The position numbers and the translations under genes were made by a program. From Takakia lepidozioides (taxonomy: Eukaryota; Plantae; Bryophyta), in contig CM060734.1 of assembly GCA_030704615.1 (NCBI GenBank), positions 52,700,001 through 52,764,000 on the forward strand: DNA of 64,000 nt, written 5' to 3'. Positions 22,610-35,503 of the stretch are shown piece after piece (the stretch's first letter is position 1; every line of letters begins with the position of its first letter). The notes beneath the pieces are model-generated. The model had not been told where the DNA came from. It searched no databases and was given only the letters and a program-made list of their open reading frames with translations.

Positions 22610-24975
22610 GGCTGCAGGGGTGCGGGATGGAGGCTTTGGAGACCTATGAGCAAATGATGGGGGAAGGGGTGAAGCCCGACCACATCACGTTTGTATGTGT
22701 TTGCAGTGTGTGTGCTGGAAAAGGGCAAAGAGGTGCATGGTTGCATCGCCAAAGCTGGAATTGTACATACTGAACCATACCCTCGTGGACATGTATGCCA
22801 AATGTAGGAGCATTGAGGATGCGGAGGGAGTGTTCAACAATATGCCTAAACGACGTCGTGCCATGACAGGTGGTGTGCTTGAAGTGTTCGAGATTCAACA
22901 ATGCTTGCTAGAGGCAGAGTTGTCATGCATCTCTATTCAAGGACAATGTGGTGAGGGCACCTTCTTCTTAGACCTATATCAGCTTGTTTTGCCCTCTCAT
23001 CAGACTCGACCCTGAGATGCATATTGAATTTTGTCAGTTAGCTCGTTAGCTCAGAGGCATGGATAGCTAAAGGAGCAGGGATAGAGTGTGGGTCCAGATT
23101 CATCCAAGAGGCCAGATTTCAAGCACAAGAGTACCTATGATTCCATGTGGATCGATAGTTACAAGAAACCTGCATGGGTAGATGGTCAGCTAGAAGCCGC
23201 AGAAGCAGCGGCACAATTGATAAAATCAGGCATTGCTAACCAAGGCACCTTCTTTAACACATTTCACCCAGTTTTTCCCTCACATCAGGAAAGAAAAGAA
23301 AGCAGCCCAAAAACAGGGACAGAGATGAGGAGAAGCTGTGGAAGGAATACTTTCTGAGCCCATTTATGTGGTGACAGCCCTGGGGAAAAGGGCAAAATGC
23401 TGCACATGGTTGCATCAACCAAAGCTGAATTGTACCAAAGAGGATTCTGAACCATACTCGTGGCCGTGTATGCCAAATGTGGAGATTGAGGATGCGGAGG
23501 GAGTGTTCAACACTATGGCTGAATGAGATGATTGTGGTGTCGTGGGGAATGCGATTGGCTTGCAAGGCCGCTGCACAACAGGGGCGCGGGATGGAGGCTT
23601 AGGAGACCTATGAGCAAATGACGGGGGGAAGGGTGAAGCCTGACCACATAACGTTTGTGTGATTGTGCAAGCCTGGCAGCCCTGGAAAAGGGCAAAGAGG
23701 TCCATGGTTGCATTGTCAAAGCTGGAAATGTACCAAATGTAATTCTGAACAAATACCCTTGTGGGGAATGTATGCCAAATGTTGAGGGAGTGTTCAACAA
23801 TATGCTGAATCTGCCTGTTTGCCCTCTCATCAGACTCGGCCCTGAGATGCATATTGAATTCTATAAGTTAGCTCGTTGGTGTATTCTGTGGTGGTTAGGA
23901 GTGACTTTGACAAGTTACTGGATTGTGGCAGCAGGAAAGTATCCAAAAATAGATAACATAGATGAGGAGAAGCTTGTTGGGGGATCTATGGTGGTTTTGG
24001 AGTGATTTGAACAAATTACAGTAGGTAGGGTTGGGGTGTTTGTTGGAAGAACTTTGCGGCGTCAGTGTCAGCTGCTTCAGCTGCTAGCAGCAAGGCAGAG
24101 GATGTATTCACGATATGTACACAGGCATGGATAGCTGAAGGAGCAGGGATCGAGTGTGGGTCCAGATTCGTCCAAAAGGGCTGGATTTCAAGCTCCAGAT
24201 TACCTATGATTCCCTGTGGAAGGATAGCTACAAGAAACAGATGGTCAACTGGAAGCCGCAGCAGCAGCGACACAATGGATAAAATCAGGCAGTGCTAATG
24301 AAGGCACCTTCTTCAACAGATTTCCCCGTTTTTCCCCTTATCAGAATCGACCCTAAATTTCCATGTTGGATTCTGCAAGTTAGTTGGTTGAGTGAATCTT
24401 GTTTGGAGTGACTTTGACATGATACTGCCAATGTGACAATAGGAAAGTATCCAAAAACAGGTAACAAAGATGATGAAAAGCTGTGGAATGAATACTTTTC
24501 TAACACCAGTCATGGTGGGACAACCGAGGCAAAAAGGTGAATTCCTGTCAGATTACCAGATGTGATTCTGAACACTGCCCTGGTGGACATGTATGCCAAA
24601 TGTAGGAGTATCGAGGATGGCAAGGGAGCATTCAACACTATGGTTGAACGAGATGTGGTGTTGTGGAGCGCGGTGCTTGCAGGGTATGCACAGCAGGGAC
24701 AAGAGATGGAGGCGGGATGGAGGCTTTGGAGACCTATGCGCAATCGATGGGGGAAGGGTTGAAGCCCGACCACATCACGTTTGTGTGCGTTTGCAGTGCA
24801 TGTGCAAGCCTGGCACCGTAGAAAAGGGCAAGAGGTGCATGGTTGCATCACCAAATCTGCGAAGGGAGGGTTCGACACTATGGCCGAATGTGATGTGGTG
24901 TCGTGGAACACGATGCTTGCAGGGTATGCACAGCAGGGGCCCGGGAGGAGGCTTTGGATACCTATGAGCAAATGA
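22610..24975 (+). pseudogene. Mosaic of alternating degenerate PPR fragments and PDF-motif exon/intron fragments paralogous to the 974-6209 gene
   Basis: RPDFKHKSTYDSMWIDSYKKPAWVDGQLEA (23110-23200), EEKLWKEYFSEP (~23330), DEKLWNEYFSN..WDNRGKK|gtgaat (24470-24545), interleaved with LVDMYAKC..AEGVF PPR pieces. Confidence 0.85.
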
Positions 24976-24979
24976 TATT

Positions 24980-26630
24980 ACATGTATGCCAATCAGGGAG
25001 TATGAAGGATGTGCATCAAGTGTTTGATAAAATGGGTCAATGGGATGTGGTCTCATGGAACACCATGATTTCAGGATATGCCCAGAATGGGTGTGGGAGG
25101 CAAGCTTTGGAGATCTATGAGAAGATGCAATGGGAAGGGGTGACACCCAACAGGGCCACGTTCCTCTGTGTTCTGAATGCCTGTGCGAGCCTAGGAGCCT
25201 TGAAAAAGGGCAAAGAGGTCCTTGCTAACATTCTCAAACCTTGAATTTCATCATATATTAACTTGGAAACTGCCCTTGCTGACATGTACGCCAAATGCAG
25301 GAGCATGAAGGACGGACGACAAGTATTTAAGAGTATGGCTGTACGAGATGTGGTCTCATGGAGTGCCATGATCGTTGGGTACGCTCAGGATGGGTGTAGT
25401 AGGGAGGCATTTGAGGTTTATAAGAAAATGCAATAGGAAGGGGTGACACGCAATAGGGTCACCTACATTTGCATTCTCAAGGCTTGTGCCAGCCTAGGAG
25501 CCCTGGAAATGGACAAAGAAGTCCACAATAACATCATCAAAGCTGAGATTGTGTCAGATATAACTTTGGAGAATACACTTGTCGACATGTATGCCAAATG
25601 TAGGAACATGAAGGATGCGCATCAAGTGTTTGACAAGATGACTAAACGAGATATGGTCTCATGGAGTGCCATGATCACAGGATACATACAAGATGGGTCT
25701 AGTAGGGAGGCTTTCAAGATCTATGAGCAGATAGAACTTGAAGGGGTGATGCCCAACCATGTCACATTTCTTTGCATTCTCAATGCGTGTGCCAGCCTGG
25801 GAGCCTTGGGAAAGAGTAAAGAGGTCCATGCTGACATCCTGAAAGCTGGAATTACATCATATGTAAATCTGGAGACTGCACTTGTAGACATGTAAGCCAA
25901 ATGTGGGAGCTTAGAGGATGCGCGTGAAGTGTTTGACAGTATGGCTAAACAAGATGTGGTCTCATGGAATGCGCTAATCATAGGATATGATCAGCACGGG
26001 TGTGCTAGGGAGGCCTTGCTCCTATTGGAACAAATGCAACAGGAATGCGTGAAGCCTAATAGTAGTATCTTCATATCTGTCTTTTCAGCATGCAGCCATG
26101 GGGGCCTAGTGGATGAAAGCCATCAATGCTTTGATTCCTTGAGACAGGATCATGGTCTCACTGCTACAGTGGAGCATTTTAGCTGCATGGTGGACCTTCT
26201 TGGCCGTGCAGGGCGATTGTATGAGGACTTAATTAACACATGCCAATCATGCCAGATGTTGGGGTATGGACGGCCTTGCTTGGTGCCTGTAGAGTTTGGA
26301 GATGTGGAGATAGCAGAACATGCAACAAAGAGTATTCTCAAGATTGATCTGGAGCACTCTACGGCTTATGTGCTGCTATCAAACATTTATGCTGCGGCTG
26401 GCAGGTGGGATGATAAAGCAAGGGTGAGAAAAATGATGGAGGACAAGGGTATCAGAAAGGAGCCAGGGTGCAGCTGCATTGAGGTTGACAATAGGGTGCA
26501 TACTTTTGTTGTAGGAAACAAATTGCATCCACAAATTCAGGAAATTCATGCTGAGCTGCAGAGATTGTCTGGGCTGATGAAGGGGGTGGGATATGTTCTA
26601 GACACGCGCTTTGTGTTACATGACGTTTAG
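24980..26630 (+). pseudogene. PLS-PPR-E-(DYW) pseudogene, more divergent paralog
   Basis: Continuous PLS repeats and KEPGCSCIEVDNRVHTF..GYVLDTRFVLHDV, with in-frame stops (25242-25244, 25434-25436, 25893-25895, 26628-26630) and small deletions. Confidence 0.9.
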
Positions 26631-26636
26631 GAGGAC

Positions 26637-27737
26637 ATGCATGTCAAATGTGGATGCATCGAGGATGCAAATGGAGTGTTTGACAGTATGGCTAAACGTG
26701 ATGTGGTGTCATGGATTGTGATGATTGCAAGATATGCACAACAAGGGTGCGGGATGGAGGCTTTGGAGACCTATGTGCAAATGATGTGCGAAGGGGTGAA
26801 AACCAACCACATCATGTTTGTGTGCGTTCGCAATGCTTGTGCAAGCCTGGTAGCCCTGGAAAATGGCAAAGGGTGCATGGTGACATCATCAAAGCTGGAA
26901 TTGTACCAAATGTCATTCTGGACACTGCCCTGGTGGACATGTATGCGAAATGTGGGTGCATTGAGGATGCAAAAGGAGTATTTGACAATGTGACTGGCTT
27001 GAAGCTGGACAATATCACCTTTATATGTGTTCTCTCTGCATGCAGCCACACTGGCCTACTAAATGAAAGAAGACGCTACTTCGATTCCTTGAGTCAAGAT
27101 CATGGTGTCACCCCCGCCAGTAAAGCACTTTGGCTATGGTGGACCTTCTGGACATGCATGACAACTACATGAGGCAGTAGACCTGATTAATAAAATGCCA
27201 ATCAATCCAGATGTTGTGGTGTGGAAGGCCTTGCTTGGTGCCTGCAGAATCCATGGCAATGTGGAGATGGCTGAATGTGTGGCAACATCTATCCTCAAGT
27301 GGGATGAACATGATGCCGCCACTTATGTGTTGTTATATCAAACATCTATGCTGCAGCTGACATGTGGGATGATACTGCAAAGGTGAGAAGAATGATGAAG
27401 GTCAGAGGGGTTAGAAAGGAGCCAGATGACAAGTTGCATCCCAGAATTAAGGAAATCCATGTTGAGCTGAGAAGATTGTCTGGGCAGATGAAGGAGGCGG
27501 GGTATGTGCCTGACACACGCTTTTTATTGCATGATGTGGATGAAGCTGAGAAGCTGGCCATTGGTTTTGGGCTGATCAGCACGACTCATCAAGAATCTTC
27601 GAGTGTGTGGAGACTGCCACACCTCCACCAAATTCATCTCAAAGATTGTTGGCCGAGCAATTGTTGTATGGACGCTAACTACTTTCCACCATTTGAAGAT
27701 GAAGATGTGGATTTTTGTTCTTGGTGATTACTGGTGA
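26637..27737 (+). pseudogene. PLS-PPR-E-DYW pseudogene (frameshifted, PG box deleted)
   Basis: PPR motifs, VVWKALLGACRIHG, KEP|DDKLHP, EKLAIGFGLIS, terminal gattactggtga. Confidence 0.9.
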
Positions 27738-28396
27738 AAGGATGTTTTCTTGGAAGATGCTAGTGTCTTGCTTCATTCATTGATCTGTGTAGCTACTCAG
27801 ACCATCCACCATTTCCTGATAGTGGGGTCTACCCGGCATAGGTAGGAAGTCAGCCCACAATTGCACTTGAGTGAAGGGGTGATTTTTGACTGATTCTGGT
27901 GACAATGGATGGAAATCAGAATGCTGTCCTAATTCTGGGTTTGGGTGGTGGAGCTTCTCCAAAGCTTGAAGATGGAGGTGAATACGAATTTTAATGAGCT
28001 TGGTGAAAGGGGCAGCCCTGTGCACAAGTTTCTTCAACATCTTAAATTTGGACATGTTTGTTTGTTTCTCGTGGTGTGGCTTTGGATGGAGCCCTTGATA
28101 AACTTACATGAATATTGTCAAAAGCTAGCGTTAACCCACCAAGATCCAATCCCACGGTGGATGCTGAAAGTTCATATAGTGAATGTAAGGGTATTGGGGT
28201 ATGTTGATATTGATTGATGCGGCTTGTGAAAATTGAACATTGAAATGCAGATCCGCCATTTTTCTTCCAGAATAAAACAAAACACGGGATCTCTGCATGT
28301 AACACAACGGGGATGACCCACCCTTTTTTTTTGTGAAAAATTGAACGTAGTTCTCAGAATTCGTCGCTAGTAGTGCGGAGCAACGCGAAGCCCTAG
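27363..28396 (+). repeat. Direct repeat copy 2 ending in a Helitron-like hairpin + CTAG
   Basis: Paralogous to 21071-22001; carries ~120 bp absent from copy 1. Confidence 0.8.
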
Positions 28397-28741
28397 TTGT
28401 ATATTACTGTTTAACATTATATTTGTTTGAAGAATCGTGGACTAGCCTTATGGAGTTGGTCGTGGTGTGCAGGTGGTCTCGAGCTCAAATCTGCATTGCG
28501 ATATATACATATTTTCAAAGTTCTCGAAAAATTCAAGACACTGTGAGATTTGAACCCACAATAAGAGTCATGACAATTGGTGTCCCTTACCAGTACGCTA
28601 CCCTCCTAATCATGTTAATCCTTTGCTGTAGACTTATATTTAACATGTTGCTTACCCCCCCTATGTATGTATAATGTTGTACATGGGGGGGGGGGGGTTA
28701 AAAATACCCCCTCCTGTGCACGCACGTGGCTGGTATAGGTT

Positions 28742-28999
28742 GGCTGGGGTGCACCCCCCAGGGTTGTAATAAAATCTCAAGGTCTTGTTTAAAAGTTACT
28801 ACCCGGCTGATTTTCAAGGTTAAAATCCGGTTCCATGTAGTAAGCCAAGTTGGCCCCCGCCGGTTCCAGCTTGGGCTAGGTAAGTGGCGAGATGGCCCTC
28901 GCCGGTTCTAACTAAAGCAGGGTCCACAAAAATTTGGGTGGCGGGTCTCAATAGTTTGATACCCTAATTATTGTCAACATATATACCGGCCCAACACTG
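28742..28999 (-). mobile_element. Partial copy (one end) of the hAT element at 32880-34423
   Basis: Reverse complement of 32880-33137, ending ..ccggcccaacactg. Confidence 0.8.
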
Positions 29000-30439
29000 G
29001 TTTCAACCATCTTAGACCCAGATTTAATCCCCAGATTGGGTCGGTACCAAGGTCTGAGCTATTGAAGAGATCCCCAACAAGAAGAACACAAGTTTTACTT
29101 CAGTTTACCTTGAAAACTGATGCCGAGCAGAATAGGTGAAATGATTATTTAGGCACTTTCAAAAAGAATTTATAGATTAGGCACATGTGATCCATGATTT
29201 CCCATGTTTAGGCACCTTTCATCACTTGGAACTCTCTCATTTCATCCCCTCCCTCTTCTTTTCCAAGACAAACCCTAGGACAAGTCCCGTCCTTTGCAAC
29301 AATGTTTTTTTTTTTTGTAATGGAGATGGTGTCAGAGAGCACAATACACGGTACGGACGCAGATGTGGAGATGGCTAACACTGGAGGAGCTCAGCCTGGG
29401 CCAAACTTAGGTCACTGGAGACACTGTGCAGGCATTCTTCGAGTTTTTGAGTTTCAATTTCAGTGTGAAGCTATGAGAGCCAATTTTATAGAGGCTTTGT
29501 TTACAGCCACAGATTCTCAAGTGGAAATGGAAGGGATTCCTAGTTGCTCCGAGATACCAAACTTCTATCTTGATGTTGATGTGATGGAGTCTAGCATGAG
29601 TCGTTGCCTTGGAAATTTGTACATCGAAGACTCAGATATACCTAACTTGAATGGTGATCAAGAATTCAATGATGAACATCTACAAGATGTTCGGGACTCA
29701 TTGAAAGGTCTTATGGAGGTTGTATGGACCTAGGGAATTGGCCTATATTTTTTGAATAATTATAACGATTTTTTTTTTTGCTTTCAACAGAATTTATATA
29801 GAGTTTAGAGAATTTTATTGAATTATGCACTTTCATGTTGTTTTTCCAACCTTTTAGGCATAAATATTGAAAAATCACAGATTTGCTTAGGCATTTAAAT
29901 AAAAAAATAGTTTGTGCCCAATCTGCCGTTCCACTACGGTAATAGAGGTTTATAAATTGCAATAATATATATCGCTTTCCTTGTATTTCATTGAAAGTTG
30001 CAGCTATGTATTCTGAACCAGCCTGTGTAAATGTTGTACTAGATGACAATACTATATTTTTGTCATATAACATCATTCTACCATGACTACCATGAGTAGC
30101 TATGTATGAATGTTTTGGAGTGTTTAGGAATAGCGCAATATTTGAAGACTCCAGCCTAAAATGTGTTTATTTAAGCATAAAATATGTGACATTTGCAAAT
30201 TATAATCTGCAAAAATATCATTGTTGTATAATGATAGGGACCTTGTATTTAGAGATTGTATACGTACATGCAAATTTTTATACATGTTCAATTGGGAATC
30301 AACAATTGCCATTTGGCGCAGTCGTTGCATTTCATCCGCAACACCATTATCAATGCGAAAAAATTTCATCTGTAAAGTGCTATAAGATATATATATATAT
30401 ATATTTATATCTTTTGATTTGAACAGGGGGAGGCCCTGA

Positions 30440-31480
30440 ATTAGTTTATTGAGTTTATTGAGGGGAAAAAAATTAAAACCCCAGATTACACCATGAGGTG
30501 CACACACCGTAGTCAGTGATGAACAAGCTAACCTCCCAAAGGGAAAAGAAGACCTAGGGTTACAAGCCCTATGTAGAAGTCACACCCATAGGGGGTTGCT
30601 TTGACTGTAGGCAGTCGCTTCTGGACTGGTGAGATCTACAAGGAATCTGAAACGTGAATGGCTTAGCAGCCGCTAGGAACCTGTCCGAAGCTTATTTGTG
30701 TGCATGATCTGTGCACGAATGGATCTCAGTGAAATTTGAGACTAGCAGCCGATTTGATGTGGCGCCAATTGATATCCCTATCAAACTCTGGGGATGCCGC
30801 CATGGAGGGGTATGTTGCTTTCTCGCCATCGATCTGGCGGTTGAGCTGCCCCGGCACAGTGGGATGGTGACGAGCTAGTGCAGAGAAGATCGTTTCTTGC
30901 CCAAGTGCTGGCGAACTGACCGTGGATAGCTGCCGCTTGTTAGGGTCTTCTTGCGACATCTGCACAGAGTTTTGCCCAAGCCTTCCTCCCGTCAATCTGC
31001 AAATCCCATAATACTCTAGAAAGCAAGGTTGATAAAGTGCAGGTGGTACCCAAGAGGGTCCAGGCACATCTAACTTTCCAAATGTTCCACAGTGTAGAGC
31101 AGCGGAGGTAGTCGTAGACTGGGCAGTTTGAAGCTTTGGTTTTTGAATTTGAGTCATAGTTGAGAAGCAGATGTACAACTGAGAAGTCTTGGGTATCCCA
31201 ATGTCTATAAAAGTCTTTAACGATAGGCCAGACTTTTCTGGGGGCAAGGCAACAGATAAGGCAATGTTCCAAGGTTTCCAACTGCCTGTGGGAGCAACAA
31301 GAGCAAAGCAAGGCTTCCTGGAATTGTAGCCACTCTCCCACCTTAAGGACTCTGTTGGCTATTTGCCATAGAAAGGCGGACATCTTGGCTGGCCTTGTTT
31401 TTTCCCAGATACATGTCCAGATAGATTTCCAGTTCTCCTCCACAAACCCGTAAGATTGCCATTTCGAGTTCCATTTGGCA
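30440..31480 (-). mobile_element. 5'-truncated L1-type LINE, same family as 10925-12390
   Basis: ORF 30940-31443 WKSIW..KMSAFLWQIANRVLKVGEWL..CSCC..ETLEHCLICC..LWNIWKVRC. Confidence 0.85.
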
Positions 31481-32879
31481 AAGAGGACGTTTGATGATTT
31501 TTAGATGTGAAGGTGATGATAAAGAGAAGGATGATGAGAGGACAAGAGGAGTGAGCAGGTGCATGAAAAACAAGTGCAATGGAAGTCAGTTAAAGCAAGT
31601 GCAAAGAATAAAAGTAATAGGATTGAGTTATCCGTCCTGAAAGACTGTTTGTACAGCCACGCCAGAAGCGGTCGCGAAGGCGAGGCAATGAGAGAGACGA
31701 AGAGACCGTTGGGGGTCTCTCTCTCTCACCACAAACTGCTCCTCCGCCGCTCCATCCCCAATCCCCCTACATTCTCTTTGTTACGAATGCAAGATAAAGC
31801 AATATATGTTAATCCATGTTTGTTTACTCTGATAGGATCAAACGCCAAATAATCCAAAGTCAAACCTTGTTAACGATGAATTGTTCGAGCTGCAACTAAC
31901 TAAAATGGAAATTGTGTTATGATAATTAAATGAGATGTATTAGGACCTATTTGAATTTCTTTTGAAATAGGTTCTATGGGAGTCCATAATGGATTTATTT
32001 CACTGTTGTATAAGTGATCATGTGTACCTCTTCTATGTGTTTAATACATGGCCAAATGGCATCTAATAAAGGCTTCATAATATCCTTAAGCCTAAAACGT
32101 AATTACCAAAATCTGCTTGGTCATGTACCCTGTTGATTCAAGGCGGCGCCTCTCCAGCCGTCGATCAGTATTGCATCAACACTCTGCATGTTGCCATCTC
32201 CTATGACTTCATCCTGCTCCGTCGCTCATTCATCTGTAACCTCATCCGTTATCCTTAGTGAAAGCACCCATGTTTCCTCCACCGATGAACTCCTTTCGAT
32301 GCTGACTGTTCATGAAGCATCCTTCTATGGTCAACTCCATTCATCCTTACCACGCCTTCATCCGCACTTGCCCTTCACGTATTCATCACTGTTTACCATG
32401 CTCCTCCCTCCTAACTTCATCCTACTTCCATCCGCCCATCATCCATTTGATAAGTTACCCCTAGGGTTTTATTGGCACTGGTTTTCCCCTTATAATCCCA
32501 AATCGACTATAATAATAAAAATACATCTTTTTACAAATTTAATCTTGGCCCACCGTTCATCTAATAAATAATTATATTTAATGAAGACAGTTCATGGAAT
32601 ACTTTGGTTTTCATATTGTAAAGGGCTTTATGAAAAAGAGTGTTATTAGTAACTCGATAAAGTATATAAAACTCAATTTAATGAATGAAAATAATTAAAA
32701 ACTCTCATTCTAGCTTTTTCAGACTCAAGTCCCTTATCCCAATTATGTTGAAAAATCTAGAAAATAATGAGTCCATAACATTACTTTTCATGACTATAAC
32801 AAAAGCTACGTATTTTTTCAATAAGTCCATCACTTCTAAAGGTAACAATTTTTGGTGGCAAGTCTTGGAAGGTAGATAC

Positions 32880-34423
32880 TAGTGTTGGGCGGGTATATAT
32901 GTTGACATATATACCCGGCCGGGTAATAGTCAGGGTATCATTCTATTGAGAGCCGCCACCCAAACTTTTGGTAGACCCGGTTTGAGTTAGAACCAGCAAG
33001 GGCCATTTCACCACTTACCTGGACCAAGCTGGAACCAGCGGGGGCCAACTTGGCTTACTACATAGAACCTGACTTGAACCTTGAAAATCAGCCGGGTAGC
33101 AGCTTTTGAACAAGACCTTGAGATTTTATTACAACCTAGCTGCATTCATGGGTAGTAATTATGCACCCACATTGGTCCGCATTTGAGAGGACTCTTAGTC
33201 AAAGGCTTTTGTAAGAAAAACCCAAAACCTTCAAAGCTCATATGGAATTATATTGATAACTGTTGTATGGGACCTGATGGTGTTCCACTTGGGTAATGAC
33301 ATATTGATAACCTGAGAAATTGTTTTTGGGGACCCTTCTATTGATAACCTCTAACCGCCACAATTTCCAAACCCCTACATTATATATAACCTAGGGGGAT
33401 CCACTTCCAAAAATTACCACCTAACGTGCAAAAAATATAGGGTGTCATTTATTCTCTACAAGTAAAAATTAGAACATTATTGAAAATAATATAGGGTATG
33501 AGAATATAGGCGAGAGCATTTAAATGAATATAGGGTAGAGGTTAAAGGCTCCAATTACATTTTATTTAGAATTACTCATAGGGTGGAGGTATTTTTGAAT
33601 GACACGTGTCAAGCAGTATATGGATGAGTAGTGTGAAAAGAAAGGGGCAAAAACCCATTTGTAGTTAGTTTGCTAATTGTTCATTGACCAGAGAAGCATG
33701 ACCGTGCCTACACTATAAAGTGTGGGTGGAGCTAGGGTTAAGCTGTTTGATTACTTAGATCTGGCATGATGAATAGGTGTAATTGCGTATGCCATGATGT
33801 TCTCCCCTTCCATTCTATTTCTTTTCTCTCTGACAACTGGCCTTCCTATGCAACTATAAGTGCATCCCTTGCCATATGCCAATGCATAATTTCATAAACA
33901 AATATCTAGATGGTTCTTCCCTCTAGCTGTCATCATTGGAAGTAGAGTGTGTCCCTTGTTAATTCTCATTTAGAAACAGACCCCACATCAGCATTGTTGT
34001 GGTGCAACAATACCCTTGATATGGACTTGTTCATTGTTTTGAGTGTAGTCACAACAAGATATGACATAATGTTACCCCCCCACTACCTTAGCAGAATTCA
34101 ATAACCCTAAAATGAAGGAATGTAAAACACATTTTTTAGTTTTTAAAAAAAAAATTATATTAATATAGCATACAAATATTCATGGTTGCTGCTGAAAAAA
34201 AAAAAAAAAAGCCTACTCAAAAATATTGTATATTAGAAAATAATTATAGGGTGTAGAAAAAACCAAGAAATTAAATTAATACCCCCCAGGAAAATACCCT
34301 ATTATCTCACGTGTCTACCAAATTGATAAGGAGTGCCCCCCCCCCCCCCCTATACCGTTTTAAGCAAAAATGCCTTACCCGGACCCTTCAATATGCCCAA
34401 ATTGTCATACCCGCCCAACACTG
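32880..34423. mobile_element. Complete non-autonomous hAT transposon (1544 bp)
   Basis: TIRs TAGTGTTGGGCGGGTAT / ATACCCGCCCAACACTG with 8-bp TSD GTAGATAC (32872-32879, 34424-34431); no transposase ORF. Confidence 0.9.
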
Positions 34424-34555
34424 GTAGATACTATACGTAGATAGGTGCAACATTATGAGTCCCTTTTAAACACTGTAGGCTGCAATCACCCCCAAACACT
34501 TTTGCTATATTCATTTCACTGTCACCGTGTTCGCTTCAGGAGATTTGCTTTCCGC

Positions 34556-34745
34556 TTAGCATAGGTCAACGTTATTGGCATTGCCATTATAATTGTAGCC
34601 AAAAGCGACCGCATTGACGGTCAGCATCCCGTCGGTAACATTGATGTCTTGTGGATAGACAAGTGGAATACTCCCACAGACCTTACAACCGTGATCTGTA
34701 AGTTGTTGAATCAAGGTCTTAATCGAGTAGTTAGGAGTGCCCCGG
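34556..34745 (-). pseudogene. KP4: 5'-truncated KP4 killer-toxin-like paralog
   Basis: SIKTLIQQLTDHGCKVCGSIPLVYPQDINVTDGMLTVNAV..DLC*; lacks the signal peptide and GINC N-terminus; 3' flank resembles that of the intact copy. Confidence 0.8.
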
Positions 34746-35056
34746 CGTCGCAAACCTCACTTTCGGCGATTTCATCCTTGAAATAACAACATTTGCGACA
34801 AAACAATTTATTTACATATTCTTTGTTTTGTTGTGGATTCGAATATTTTTTTGTATTTTTAGATCAACAAATTTAGATTTTTAGAAGGTTGTTGAGTCTA
34901 TGCGGATATCAAAATCCTCCACCGGCAACTTTACTACCAACTACTACAACCTGAGCTCAAGTATATATATGTCTCCGCTCGAAGGTTACAATAGAATACA
35001 TTAGAACACAAGCAATCTCCTCGTCATATTTCTTTGTCTTACCATTGTATTTTATC

Positions 35057-35503
35057 ATGACACCACATTCTTTAGTTGTGCCCATTCTCATTCTCATAGC
35101 CTTGAGCATTCAAGGCGGTGTTGTGGCAGTCGGAATCAACTGTAAAGGCAACATATATTGCGGGAGTATGTGGGGCCATGGACAAGTACTAGAAACGTTG
35201 GCGAAAATCGTCATCTATATCAACCCCAATCACTTTTACAACAATGAGGAACAGATTGCCTGCGGCGATTTTGAAAATCAAAACTTTTGTGTCTTCTGCC
35301 AAAGTTTTGATGGCGCTCCCAGCTCCTCAATCAAGGACTTGATTCTACAACTTTATATGCACGGTTGCAAGACCTGTGGGAGTATTCCACTTTTCTATCC
35401 AAATGACAACAATGTTGCCAACGGTATGCTGACCGTCAACGCGGTCGAAGACGCCTGCACTTATAATACTTATTATGCTGACAACGCTGGCCTATGCTAT
35501 TGA
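35057..35503 (+). CDS. KP4: Secreted KP4 killer-toxin-like protein (148 aa, intronless)
   Basis: Hydrophobic signal peptide, then GINCKG..C, IAC..FC, HGCKTCGSIP and GMLTVNAV, matching the Ustilago KP4 pattern (GINCRG..HGCRVCGS..GQLTVNYV); TATA-like run at ~34961. Confidence 0.9.
   Translation: MTPHSLVVPILILIALSIQGGVVAVGINCKGNIYCGSMWGHGQVLETLAKIVIYINPNHFYNNEEQIACGDFENQNFCVFCQSFDGAPSSSIKDLILQLYMHGCKTCGSIPLFYPNDNNVANGMLTVNAVEDACTYNTYYADNAGLCY

Noticed and set aside
29302-29733. 143-aa acidic ORF
   Set aside because: No recognisable motif and lies in TE-like flanks; cannot be supported as a gene.
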